From Phoronis australis (Eukaryota; Animalia; Phoronida): 36,959 nt of DNA. The stretch is from positions 1-36,959 of the forward strand of contig NMRA01000121.1 of assembly GCA_002633005.1 (NCBI GenBank), in the 5' to 3' direction. The notes under the pieces are model-generated. The model was not told the DNA's origin. It saw only the letters and a program-made list of their open reading frames with translations, and searched no databases. Every line of letters begins with the position of its first letter. Within the stretch, counting starts at the first letter, position 1. This document shows, piece by piece, positions 10,702 to 23,019 of the stretch. The translations under genes and the position numbers were made by a program.

Positions 10702-11865
10702 GGGGAGGCGGGTGTGTAAATTTTTGTCTGATTTGAAAAAAAATCTTCAAATCATAATTGCACAAAGACCGAGATTTTGCTTTTAAGATTTTCAATGTTT
10801 AAGATATACCAGACAAGTCTAGTTCGATAGCAGCCTTTCATTTACAGAACTTGATTAAAGACGTCACTCTGTTTTGTGTTGGATAGCTTCATATGTACTG
10901 ACTCATTTCGGTTGAAGATTTTGGATGCTATGTTGGTGAGTTATGAAAAACCTGTCCTGAATGAGTAGTTCATAGGAGTTTACGGCACGCTGGCGCTATT
11001 TTACTACGCGCCAGGTGATGAAACACGGGGTCTCGAAATATTGCTGCTATAAGTGATATGTTTATTAGGTCTATTGGCAATTTACTTCATAACTGTACAC
11101 CTGATGATCGTAAACTGTGCGGGAGACACGACTGGGTGTTTGTGAAGCTCTCTAACAGAAAATACAACCGTGCTTTTAATGAAGACTGTGGACCTCTAAA
11201 GTTTATTGGAAAGATGCCAGCCTATCAGCAGTCTTTCGGCCATGCTGTTACAATTCCATTTACAGGCGGGATTCAAGCCGGGAACCATCCAGCTGGCTGG
11301 GATGATATATCTAATCAGTAACATTAGATAACAGTATCATACTGTGTGCACGTGCACCGGATTCTGATTCGCACTCTCCTCACATTATTCTTTCCATTTA
11401 GCCCCTCCCTCTTGTAACAAGGACGACATGTTTCTAAACTTAGCACTCGGCTATGATCCATTCTCGACTTCTTATCTTTTTACGAACAATCAATGGCAAC
11501 CTTGTATGGCTGTAGTTTTGCAGCTTTCATTTTCAAACATGTTCTTTAATACAATGTTAATTGTTTCACACTTTTATGTCACTTCAGACGATCAATCCTC
11601 GTTTCTCTAAAAAATTTAAAGCCTTAAAATCTTCACACTATGGTCAGAAATGCTTGAATTCGGTTACCAAAAATTTTGGTATGATATTTTAAATATTTCG
11701 TCTTCATGTTGTGTACTGTTTTTCAAGAAATTACGCACTAATTGAAAAAATGAAAATTTTGTGTGGCGTCATCAGTGGTGCTCCGGTCTGCCGCTATTGT
11801 GTCGTTCTACACCAGCCGTGAGTCGGAGTAGTCTCAAAGTAAATCGAATATTGGTTGAGACGAGT

Positions 11866-12030
11866 ATTATTAAAAGGTGCGTGCTCGGAGGATGCAGTAA
11901 CTGCAATCGGACATACACCATTTCACTTTTTGTTGCCACAGGTATGGCAGTACACGGTGGAGCAAGCGATAAGTTCAGGGGCCACACTATGCTTTCCCCA
12001 TTTTGAAAAATCTTGCTTCGACCTGTCACA
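11866..12030 (+). pseudogene. frameshifted THAP zinc-finger remnant (transposase N-terminus, probably Kolobok-type)
   Basis: KRCVLGGCSN...ISLF in one frame, then W...LCFPHFEKSCFD in another, together matching the THAP C2CH pattern CxxxxC...W...CxxHF. Confidence 0.7.
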
Positions 12031-12214
12031 GAAAGATAGATTTCACAAAACTTCTCCTACCTTAAGTGGATTCGATCAGTGTTGATAGCAAGAATAATGT
12101 GTCGCGTTGTAACATTGGTGGGGAAGTGGTTGTCAGGTACATATTGAGTGACCTAGTTTCAGTCGGTTATAGATTTACAATTCGAGACATACGTGCGTAA
12201 TACAAAATTTATTC

Positions 12215-15200
12215 ATGATTCAATAAGATTTTTTCCGTGATCTGTTTAAACAGAAAGAGAAAGCATGTGAAGCCCGACTTATTGAAGCCATTAAACGTTC
12301 CAAAAATAACCCTAAGGAGCTCTGGCAAATAATTAAATCCAATATTTGGACATCCCGTATGTCTTATAGAATTAGTCCGCAGAAATGGCACGACTATTTC
12401 AAGGATTTATTGAATCAAAACTGCTCTATTGACGAGTCCTGAGTCAATTTGCCACGCAGGAAATGATTGAACATGATAGTTCGTGTGAAAAGTGTACTAA
12501 CAATTTCCCATGGCCCGGTCTCCAATCTCCGTACTCAGACTCGAATCATGCTCAAACTCACACTTCATACTCAACTCGAGTACAGACTCAGCTTTGGTGT
12601 ATTCAATGTCATACTCGAAAAATCTGTACTCGAAATTTCGAGCACGTACTCAGTTTCGAGTGTACTCGAACTGAAGTGTATCTCATCTATATTTCGAGTA
12701 CGATTTTGAGTAAAAATTCGGAGTCTATGCTCAAATTTCAAGTTTGGTATGGCAGTGTGCTTGAAATCGTACTCGAAAATAAATACGAGCCAGAGAACAA
12801 AATATCGAAAGGGAACCAAGAAACGCAGAAAATCTAAAAAATAAGTCCTCTTACCGTATCTCAGCACTTCAATTTCAGTTCAGAGATAATAGTTTTCATC
12901 TTAAATCTTCTTATTCTTCACCTTTTTAACCCGCCGTATCACTGTATGTTATGGCCGCCTTTCTACCTCCACAATTCCTGGCAACAGGCGCATTGTAATC
13001 CCTTGTCGGCGAGTCATAACAAGCGTCGAAAGCAGTTGTGGGAAAAGTCGTGTGAGAAGTTTGTGTTGCCCTTATTTCGGTATGTGTGCCTACGTTTTGT
13101 AGGGTTTCCAAAAGACGAGGAGGGGAGGGAAGTTAAAAACAGTTCGCTTCCCTGTCAGGTACATTTCTCAACTTAGTCATCTATAATTCCTCAATCCCCA
13201 AATGGAATTCCAGATTATGTTTGCCGATTTCTAAGTAGACGTCTCGTCCCGTTCACTGCCACTGGTGGACTCTGAATGCCTGCACAAGTATTGTTTTTTA
13301 ACTCACGGGCCAAATGTCAACTCACTTGGTACATCCCGGTAAAATACAAAGATACAGTATCAAAGTTTGACATCAGCGTAGGCCTACACAGCAATGGGTT
13401 TTATGTCAAGACTAAATTAGCAACAGAGATGTATATGATAAGCTGTTACATATTCGGGACTGGGTGAGGAACTCAAGAAGTAAAGCTTAATGATTGCCAA
13501 ATGTATCAAAGAAATGGCATAAGAATATTTATTGAAACAAAAAATGAATAACAGTTACAGAACACTCAGAATTCCACGTTATATGCATACCCTTGTAGTT
13601 GAAGCGACAGCAGACGATAATGTAGGCCTAGTTCTTGGGGTGGTCTATTCCAATTGGGAGCGACGAATCAGCGCGGCTTTGCGTGATTTTGCATTTCACA
13701 TCACAAAGAGTTCCATAGCAACTCGCGTATGAGTGTCAGATTTGAGTACGTTTGGAGTCTAGTCGAAATACGACATTAGATACGCTTTTTTGAGTACGAC
13801 TCCAGTGAGCACGATTTTGAGTACGAAATCTCGAGTATGAGTATGAGTCTGAGTACGGAGATTGGAGACCGGGCCCTGATCTTAATACTGTTTTCTTGCC
13901 TTCTGAAATATATGAGGCCATTGAACAATTGCCTAATGGCAAGCCTGGGGGTTATGATGGCGTGATCTTTGAAATGCTGAAGAGCACAAAGGTAACGATA
14001 GTGCCAGTCTTGCATAAGTTATTTAATGCAATGTTTGGTATTATCCCCAGACATGTTGTGACGCAGTGCTTACTCCAGTACATAAACAAGGCAATATCAA
14101 TGACGAAAATAATTATAGAGGTATCTCCCTGTTCTCTGCTTTGGGAAAAGTTTTTACCAAACTTTTAAATAACCGTCTTTATTACTGGGTTGAAAATAAT
14201 GATAAACTTTATGAGTCTCAAGCTGGGTTTAGAAAATTCTACTCTACGATTGACCAAGTGTTTACACTTCAAGCTATGTGTCACAAGTATTTGAGTCGTC
14301 AGGCTGGGAGATTTTACTGTGCCTTCGTAGATTTCTCGAAAGCATTCGATCGAATCCCACATAATTTACTATTCCATAGATTTAAAAACATTGATATGCA
14401 TGGTAAAATATTCAAGATAATCCGCTCTATGTATAGTAAGTTGCGCACTTGCGTGAAAACTCAAGATGGTCTTACAGAGTTCTTTGATTGTACTGTTGGT
14501 ACTCGCCAGGGTTGCATGATCAGCCCATTATTATTTGTGTTGTATCTAAATGAGTGTGAAAAGTAATATTAATAGCACATATCTCAGCGAACAAATGCCA
14601 AGAGTTAACTCCCTACTGTACGCAGACGATATTATGTTCCTCTACCGCCATCAACTTACAACGTATGCTTAATTGTTTGGCAGAATTTTGCAAATCATGC
14701 AAGTAAACTTGAAAAAAAAACTAAAGCGGTCGTTTTCAGAAATGGCGGTCCCCTTAGACGATATGAGAAATGGTTTTACAATCGGGAACATTGGTTGATG
14801 TGGTGCCTCATTACAAATGCCTTGGACTACTCATTACTCCAAAAGTTTCGTGGACCAAAGCCATTAAAGCCTTATCTAGTCAAGCAAATAAAGCTGCCTC
14901 TGCAATTTGTAAATTAAAGTGAAGATGTCGTGATCTGCCCCCGTCAATAGCCTTTCACTTCGATGAAATAGTTTACCCCTCTCTGTGTTACGGCGCTGAG
15001 ATATGGGGGCTTTAAGGAATATGAACAATTGGAAAATGTACATATCAAGTTTTGTAAACGCATTTTAGGAGTACGCAGTTGTTGTTCGAACTCGGCAATT
15101 ATGGGTGAATGTGGTCGATTCCCATTGTCTGCTAAATATTTTGTTTCTTGTATAAAATGCTGGTTCAAAATACTGGAGATGCGTAATAATCGTGGGGTAA

Positions 15201-15875
15201 AAGCTGCATATGATATGCTTTTTCAGTCAGACCTGATCGGAAGATCTTCCTATAATTGAGCACGTTTTGTAAGGAAACTTCTGTCTGTGTATGGTTTTTC
15301 AGATGTATGGATTAATCAGGGTGTGGTAAATCAAGCGTATTTCTTGACTGGTTTTCTCAACGTGTCATCGACTGTTATTTGCAAGGTTGGCAATCTGATA
15401 TCGAATGTAACGCAAAACTGCCTTACTATGTGAGGTACAAAACAATCTTGAGAATTATCTAGAAACGGTTGGTATCCCACGTCTTTTTATCCAATCTCTG
15501 ACTCGATTCCGATGTTCAAATCATTCGTTACTAGTGGAAAGAGGTCACCACACAAATATTCCCTATGAAAATAGGTTGTGTGAGTTATGTAATTCGGGGT
15601 GTGTAGGGGACGAATACCACGTTGTGTTGGTTTGTAGTGCGTACCAAGATCTTTGGGTTAAGTACTTAAGTGATCGTTTTTGTCATTCTCCCATGACATC
15701 TAAATTTGATTCTCTCATGAGAATTCCGGATAGCCCACTTATCAAATTCGTCCATCACGCTCTCAAGCGTCATAATGTATTATCCAGTTAGAAACGTGGC
15801 ACCTAACAATGTTCTGTCTTGTACATGACATACTTGGGGCCTAAGGCCATGCGTATATGTCTCAATAAATCATAT
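12215..15875 (+). mobile_element. decayed 5'-truncated non-LTR retrotransposon (CR1/L2 group) ORF2, interrupted by a TIR element
   Basis: NPKELW..W.DYF, NGKPGGYDG, NYRGISL, QAGFR, AFVDFSKAFD, GTRQGCMISPLLF, YADD (14619-14630), YGAEIWG, C-terminal RLCELC...DEYH...C; many stops and frameshifts; AATAAA at 15864-15869. Confidence 0.92.
12512..13875. mobile_element. 1364-bp non-autonomous DNA transposon (PIF/Harbinger-like termini) nested in the LINE
   Basis: Perfect 31-bp TIR GGCCCGGTCTCCAATCTCCGTACTCAGACTC; many subterminal GTACTC/GAGTAC motifs; removing it plus 3 nt restores the LINE frame ...NNFPDLNTVFLPSEIYEAI. Confidence 0.9.
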
Positions 15876-17382
15876 AAGGTGTTATAATTTCCACCCAGTA
15901 ATGTCAGCTCAGAAATCAGTTATGTCCGCAGACTGATTAGGCTCGGCAACTCGGCTTCACTCGTTGAAGGGTACTGTTGCGGAAGGATCGATTTCGTATG
16001 GTCTCAAACACACAAAGTCTGCTGAAATGGCGAGGTCGAACTCATTGTCTATTTCACCTATGGCCTGAGTGCCGTCTTCACCTCCATCTCAATATCTGTC
16101 TTCATAATACTTTTAAGTTCGCTCTCTAAGTTTTCAAAACTTACAAAATCACTGCTATCCCCGTTGCATAATGTTATCGACTGATCAAAGTCTTCCACTG
16201 ACGACATCACATAGCGGGAAACACAAAAATCATTAAATTTACTTTAAAATTCAAAACTACTCGAGTATTTCAAATATAAGTGTTTCATTGGTTAGATTTT
16301 ATGTTGTAAAATAATTGTACATCTATTGTAGGAACGCTTCAAGGAACTTGAAAACGACACTTAACCAAGCTTTGTCAAGTTTTACTTTGATTGGTTGTTG
16401 TTGACAAATTATGAAAGGCAAATTGTGCAAACACACAAACCATCATGAGGATAGATTCCTGCTTGTCAACTTAGTTATGAGCAGTAAACCGTAACCTCCG
16501 TTGGATGAAGCAAAAGAAATTGAGATTTTGCAACTTTTGAATGTATGCTTAACTTTTGAAGATACTCGTTTGACAAAAAAGATATCACTCTATGATTTAA
16601 GTAATGAATTTGAAATAGGAATCATAAGACGTGCGAAATTAGTTTAGCAATATTGGCCTACATAGACTTTTATCTTTTTAGTGCTTATTAGTCTTGTTTT
16701 TGAACGACATAGATTGCATACTTTTTCACGCATTTTTGGCATCAGAGTTACTTAAATAAACCAAAGATGGTTACTGAAAATGCAGCGTGAGTAGAAAATT
16801 TTTAACCATCTCCTCGTCACGCTCAAAACGTTCGGATTTTGCCAAAGTTATGGGATTGGAAGTGTACCTCTGATGTTGGTAGATTTAGAAGTTCACAGAA
16901 ATAGAGTGCGTTTTGTGTATGGGTCGTACTGCAGTTTAGGCTCGCCTTTTATTTCAGCGTAAATTTGTTTGTCAACGAAGACAGGTTATACGTGTAGTAT
17001 TAACTATATATACATACTTACAAACTTTAATGTAACTTTTTCCCAAATGGATAATTGGTAGAAACTAGCATTTATCGTACCTGATAACTTATAACATATC
17101 TATTTCAAGCCAATTTGAAAGACTGCCAACGGCGTATTCACCAGTTATTTAAAGTTAAATTTCTATATATTTTGATTTGTGTATCCACATAGGGCCGGGT
17201 TATTTTATGTGAAATTGCAAATGTTACTGTTATATTGTAGAGAATGCCACTTTGATAAAAAATATATCCTAAAAGCACGCAATGCACACATGGCCCCAAT
17301 GGAAAGTAGTGTGAACTGATGGGGCTACCCTCATTGTAACTATTACATTAACAAATAAATACACTTGGAAACGTTATTGTAC

Positions 17383-17582
17383 CATGCGCGTACCCAGGTG
17401 ACTCGGAGTGCTCGAAAAGTAGAAAACGAGACAAAAGTCCACTAAAAAGGAAGAAATTACCAAAATTCGATGAATGCACAATTCATAGCTCAGAACATAC
17501 CCCGTGAATCTTAGTAAAAAGTCCACATTCTAAAAAATTCGAGCCGCCCCCCCCCCCTCATTTTTAGGCTGGATGCGCCCAT
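17383..17582 (+). mobile_element. MITE family A copy 2
   Basis: CATGCGCGTACCCAG ... CTGGATGCGCCCAT; internal sequence colinear with 9611-9832. Confidence 0.7.
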
Positions 17583-17967
17583 TTTTATGAATGTGGTATC
17601 ACTCTGGATTAAAAGCAAATGCTAGTGAAGAGCAGGGTTTCTCACATTTGTAGAGCATTCATAGAATGCTGTCCTCAGACAAAGTCCACAAAGTAACCCG
17701 TGTTGTTTACGCCTGAGTCTAGGATGTTTTGTTATTATCCACACGAGGCATGGCGTGTGGCTATGGGCACCCCGTGGTTGAGTCAATACCAGTTTTACAT
17801 GGCTAACTGTCCCAATTTCATACTCCGTCGACGTTAATAGAATGCTAAGTTAGTTTTGCTGGAGCACTGGTTGGTTGGATATGTAAAAACACATCTCGCA
17901 GACTAGTATTGACATTAAAAGCAATTTGTATTCCGCTCTTAAACTCTTACATTAAATATGATTAATT

Positions 17968-19965
17968 CTAGTCCTGGTATAATTTCTTGGCGTGTCCGTC
18001 CCAACAGGCAATCTTGTTATCGCATCTATCGTAGTAGAATTGCTTGGCATTTTTGTCGTAGTAAACACGCAGACGATGGCTGTGACCTGCATTGATCGAG
18101 GACTCAAACTCCTTCCTTGATCCGGTGAGCACCATTGCGTCCTTGTCCTCGGCATTGATGGTTATGGTGTGCGTGTGTAGACCGCCTTTAGACGTTGATG
18201 ACATGGACAGCACAGTGTCAGCCTTAAGAGGTCCTCCTTTACCGACATTTCCTGGAGACTCCACCATCATGCTTGAGTAGGTTTGCATCTGCATCACCAA
18301 GTCTTTGAGCGCCTGAACCTCCTTCATGATAGCGTTGCCGTCCTGGTAAGATGGAGCAATAGGGTAACGGATGCGCATGATGCCAACGCCGTTAATGTTT
18401 GGCAGGGATACTCTAATACCAGAAGCCTGCACTTTACGAAGCACGCCTTTTCTGTCCAATACTCCTACTGTGCCACGTGAAGTGTCGGCAGGATCTTTGC
18501 CGACGACCTCACCGGTAAAGAATTCCACGGGTGTAAGGTAATAGTTGGCGTGATTCGTACCGTTGTACGCTTTATTGGGATCTTTATAGCTACCGTAACG
18601 ACCGCCTTCTGTAACGGCTCGCGCAGCCTTTGAGGACCACGAGTAGCCATGGTAAGCAATGTTGTAAGGATTCCATTTCATCAATGGTGTAGTGTAGACA
18701 ATCTCAAGAGGAATGGCGAAGGACCACCTTTGCTCCCACGATCCGCAAACTTTTTTACCCTTGTCGTAGTAACAGTCATTATACTTCAAGCTTGATATTT
18801 TCGTCTGACTATTCATGGCAGCAAACATGTTTTCGTCAGAGAATCCACGATGGCGAACGACAGTACCCATAGCGCCACGCCTGCCTCCTTTGTACCAACG
18901 ATGATAGTAACCAGCGTTTAGTACTGGCGACTTTGAATTTGCCATGCTTTGGGCCGTCGAAAACATGGATTCGTCGACAAGTTTACCAGGGTAATTGTCT
19001 TTTCCTGGGATTTCAGCCATCAGTTCGTCAAGCAGAGAATATCGGGTAAAGCGCTCGCTGGTCCAAGTGCCACTGTCTCGCCAGTTCAACTGGAAACGCG
19101 CTGCACGGTTCTTAGAATGCTTTGCAAAGTCGCGCTTGTAAGCCATGCGACTTGCAAAATCGTCTATTACGCGTAGCCTGTCAAGTGATAACGACCTCGT
19201 AATGGGATGGCACAGAATTCTGTAATTCCATTGAGCAAAGACTGGCGTATTGTTGTGCACTTCAATGATTGTTGTCGGCAGGTAAGCGTGGTTTTCTGCG
19301 AAATGCTTTTTACCCGAATAGGAGCTGAAACGTATCTTTTCCTGTAAGTCCATCCAGCTGGAGGCAGCGATAGAGTGGCGGTCGCTCTGGAAAGGCTCTT
19401 CAAGTTTGGATGTGTCTCCAAGCCAAGCACCCTCAAGATAGCAAAGGTTAGCCTTGAAGTACTTGCGATAGTCACGATGTCTGTAGTTGCTATCTCTCCA
19501 CGCACGGAACCACTCCTTCATTTCTTCCATTTGTTCCTTGACTGTAGGTTTCTTCAGCACTTCGGGGGGAACATCTGGTAAAGGAATGTTGTCAGTTGCG
19601 TGGTATGTCTTTTTTGTACGGCTGGGCATAACCAGTTTGTAGTCGTTGTGGCGCGTTCGGAACTCAACACCGTTGAGGACAGCTATGAACTCGCCCATCC
19701 CGATCGTGTTGATGTAGTTGGAGTGATCGTGGATTGAGAGCACGGAGCCAGACGCATAGGTATTACCATGGTAGGGTCGCGTGCCCTCTTGCACATGACG
19801 CACGAGCTTGATACCAGAGTCTCCCTCGGAACGGATGCGTTCTTCTATGAACAGCTGCTGAAGCATAACCTGTCGGGCCAGTTGACCAAACTGTTCTCGC
19901 TCTTTGTTTGTTGCTGCTGCATGGGCAGCAACTACCAATGATAAGAACACAGCGTACAGTTTCAT
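17968..19965 (-). CDS. Gene 2: intronless 665-aa secreted protein of unknown function
   Basis: Uninterrupted ORF. The likely start is MKLYAVFLSLVVAAHA (signal peptide) directly after a splice acceptor TTTGCTTTTCAG|ATG, so the first 37 codons of the 702-aa track ORF are probably intron. Confidence 0.92.
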   Translation of the reverse strand: MKLYAVFLSLVVAAHAAATNKEREQFGQLARQVMLQQLFIEERIRSEGDSGIKLVRHVQEGTRPYHGNTYASGSVLSIHDHSNYINTIGMGEFIAVLNGVEFRTRHNDYKLVMPSRTKKTYHATDNIPLPDVPPEVLKKPTVKEQMEEMKEWFRAWRDSNYRHRDYRKYFKANLCYLEGAWLGDTSKLEEPFQSDRHSIAASSWMDLQEKIRFSSYSGKKHFAENHAYLPTTIIEVHNNTPVFAQWNYRILCHPITRSLSLDRLRVIDDFASRMAYKRDFAKHSKNRAARFQLNWRDSGTWTSERFTRYSLLDELMAEIPGKDNYPGKLVDESMFSTAQSMANSKSPVLNAGYYHRWYKGGRRGAMGTVVRHRGFSDENMFAAMNSQTKISSLKYNDCYYDKGKKVCGSWEQRWSFAIPLEIVYTTPLMKWNPYNIAYHGYSWSSKAARAVTEGGRYGSYKDPNKAYNGTNHANYYLTPVEFFTGEVVGKDPADTSRGTVGVLDRKGVLRKVQASGIRVSLPNINGVGIMRIRYPIAPSYQDGNAIMKEVQALKDLVMQMQTYSSMMVESPGNVGKGGPLKADTVLSMSSTSKGGLHTHTITINAEDKDAMVLTGSRKEFESSINAGHSHRLRVYYDKNAKQFYYDRCDNKIACWDGHAKKLYQD

Positions 19966-20770
19966 CTGAAAAGCAAAACGTTCAAGTAGACGTCGCTTAT
20001 AATTGAAAAATAGTGTAGAATGCAACTCGCAACCCCTGTGGTAGCACAATGGTCTGCAGGCAGAAGCAAAGCCCACTCGACAATAGGCAGAGTATTTACG
20101 TATATTTGCCTGGTAAAATCACCATCCTTAATTTCAACGAATTTCTGGAATGCAACACTAAGAATTTTCGATTAGTGTTAAAATCACAAACATGCATCAC
20201 ATTGATTAGATCTGTATAAAGCTAATGACTTTGATAATTTGTACCATTCAACAATATTCCCGAAAACGAGTAATGCCGATCATGCCCTCTTTAGCGTTAT
20301 ATGGATATATTTTCCAAAACGTCAAATACTACAGAAACCTTCAATGACGCATTCTATTTATGCTAATAAAATATCACGGAAAAAAGAGGAGAATTATAAA
20401 AGTCAGTGGACCTGCAGGTGATTGGTCAAATATCCAAATGTAGTTTTGAACAAAAACAGTAGCATGGCCAAGTGGAAAGTGGATGTTTATAACGCAGATT
20501 CGAATCTAGTCCATTTATTTGTAAGTACGAACGAAAAGTTTTTAATGCCAATGTAAATATTTTATCGGTAACTGTTGCTTTTTTTACTTTGAGTGTCTCA
20601 TGATTCATACAAATTTGAGAGCTCCGCCAGTGTCAGAGTGAAGGCAAATATATGTACATGTAGGCGCAAGCACCCTTTGAAGTTTTTTCGATTTAAAATC
20701 AATTAATAAGTACACATTGAAATCAAATAGATGTTGCAATGCCGTGCAGTTACCGACGAATAAAAATATC

Positions 20771-20911
20771 AAATAGTAAAACTAGTAAAATTAAAATGAC
20801 GAGCGTCTGTAGCACACCCTTGACAAAGAGCGCATCGCTCGATACGTGGGGATATTTTAATATATTTTAGTACCGACGCTCGTCATTTTAGTTTTACTTG
20901 TTTTACTATTT
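20771..20911. repeat. 41-bp imperfect inverted repeat (MITE-like)
   Basis: AAATAGTAAAACTAGTAAAATTAAAATGACGAGCGTCTGTA (20771-20811) vs reverse complement at 20871-20911, 3 mismatches. Confidence 0.8.
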
Positions 20912-21250
20912 TATATTAATAAGTACACATAATTGACAAATAGCTATGGTAATTCTTGTTTTACACAAGTGCAGGTTCAAGAGGCAACCTCGTGTAAAAA
21001 ATGTGACCACGGTTTCGTCATTAACGCCACGAACTCCCCGGCTGTTCCCGCTACGGTTTTTATGCTATAACAGAGAGTTTCGGCTACGTGAACGCCAACG
21101 CGTGACTCACCAAAGGTCACAAGTTTACGCTCGCGACGGTATGCGTTCTGTTCCATTAGAGATCTTCGGCTACACGTTAAACGCGAACGTGACTGGAGAA
21201 GGGTTACACAATTATAGCCACTGCCAGAGTGACGCTGTGGTGGCAATCAC

Positions 21251-21386
21251 CAAGGGCGGACCCAGGAATTTGAGTTAGGGGGGCCAGGGCAGTGTATTAG
21301 CTAGAATTTTGCTGTCAGACATTCGCAACCCCGAACTGCCAAATAGAATCAGGGAGAATTTAAGGGCCCCTCTAAATCCGCTACTG
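21251..21386 (+). mobile_element. MITE family B copy 1 (hAT-like CA..TG termini, 5-bp TSD)
   Basis: CAAGGGCGGACCCAGG ... AAATCCGCTACTG; flanks ATCAC/GTCAC; termini match 31633-31780 in reverse orientation. Confidence 0.7.
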
Positions 21387-23019
21387 GTCACTGATCAGGA
21401 GTGGTGGCATATGAATTGGCAACAGCGGGAGAGACAGGTAAGAAATAGACTGACAAATTGGCAGTAGAAAAGATGCCATCATGGCACGAGAGAGACTAGC
21501 AACTGGATAATGGAAGGTTTTATGGGCTCCGGATTGATTCCTGATTTCAACGCCAGGTACTTTTATTGAATAACGCCTGTTATTCTGACATCAGGGACCG
21601 AAAAAGCTGACTGTTACCAGCAACTGACTGGTGAAGGCTGCATCCCTGAAACTGTGGTGGCGGCGGGGGGGGGGACTAAAAGCTACAACCGTTGTGACAA
21701 TATTTTATTCCAATCTGTATGAAAAGAATCAACATCGCACCTATAAAAATTCTAAGCTGTCATTTTTCTGGTATCAATAATGATCTTGGGCAAAATTGGT
21801 CTGGGAAAAAAGGTTTGTGTTTAAATCGCTAACTCCTAGTTACTATTGTTTCCTTTGAATATTTATAATCAAAGCATTCGTCTAATTTGTCTTCGTGAAA
21901 TCTTACTGAAATTGAGGTATTTTGCCACGAAATGTAAGTATACTTCTCTATGTCACTTATAACCCCCCCCCTCCCCGATTACTGTGGCTTTTCTGGAAAA
22001 AATCAGCAACGCGAGGAGGGCCTCAGAACAAAGGTTAACAATAAACCGAGTACAACACACGCACTAAGCTACTCAATGTCTTGTATAGCTGACTTTCTAA
22101 AGAACATCGAAAACTGCATAGATGTACATGTACATCTAACGATCTTTTACGATAAATCGTCAATAGCGGATTTGCAGCGCAGACGAACTACGCGTTGCGC
22201 ATGTGCGAGTTACTTCCTTCGCGAAGGCTCATGGGATAGCTTGTGGTCAGGCATGTCTTGAGCAGGCTGGATAGTGTGTGCATTTGGAGTGATTTGCAAA
22301 CTAAAAACCATGTTTCATTTTTTGCTTTATAATACCAAGCAAGTCCTCTCTCTCGTTTGTAAACACAGCGTAGCTATGATGTGTGACCGTGTGACTGTCG
22401 CCGTGTTCAGTATTGGGGTTATCGGCGTTGATTTCGAAATCTCCTCCCGGGCTAGTCAGACAAGTTGAGAGTTCTTGGGTTGCTTAACTTTTGTAGCTTT
22501 CGTCGTGGATATGCTAGAGACGTTAATTTTAAGTGGAAACTTCGTCGGAATGTTGTTCTCATAAGTCTTTTTTCCACCAGGACAATGTTCGCTGCACACT
22601 GACACACGATGGCCCCTAGCCGGCAATTACATCGCACTGGATGCCGCAGGCATTCAGGGGCGATAGTACATCCTCACAAAAAGTTACTCATTTCAAAATA
22701 CAGCAAATAAAATCAAATGAACCCGGCATACATATAAGAACACGGAGTTATAATTAACACATACCACGACTCTGGATACAATTTAGTCAGCAAAACTTGA
22801 ACGAAACGATGAAAATCTGTCGCGGTTTATTCGAGTTTCTCTCAGTCACGGTTACCGGGTGCCATTTTGAGGAAGTTACGTGAAATTACGCATGTTGACG
22901 AATAAAAAGTCCAAGGGACACACATCTTACAAGTTTCACCCGATACCTTCTCATGCTATTTTACAAGTGTCGCGCGCTAGCGTCNTGCGAAGTCGGGACC
23001 GATGAGCTCTAGCTCGTCC

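Noticed and set aside
12463-13942. Short ORFs within the TIR element
   Set aside because: By-products of GTACTC/GAGTAC subterminal repeats; no transposase or Myb-like motifs.
18092-19581. Short ORFs overlapping gene 2
   Set aside because: Antisense or alternate-frame shadows of the real CDS.
17968-19965. Bacterial contamination or GC-based evidence of horizontal transfer for gene 2
   Set aside because: It has a spliceosomal acceptor and eukaryotic TE flanks, and its higher GC looks similar to the exons of genes 1 and 3.
19966-20076. First 37 codons of the 702-aa ORF
   Set aside because: Non-ATG start; ends in a polypyrimidine tract + CAG acceptor right before the signal-peptide ATG, so probably intronic.
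22985-22985. Single N base
   Set aside because: Assembly ambiguity, although it lies near the end of the left Kolobok arm and warrants caution there.
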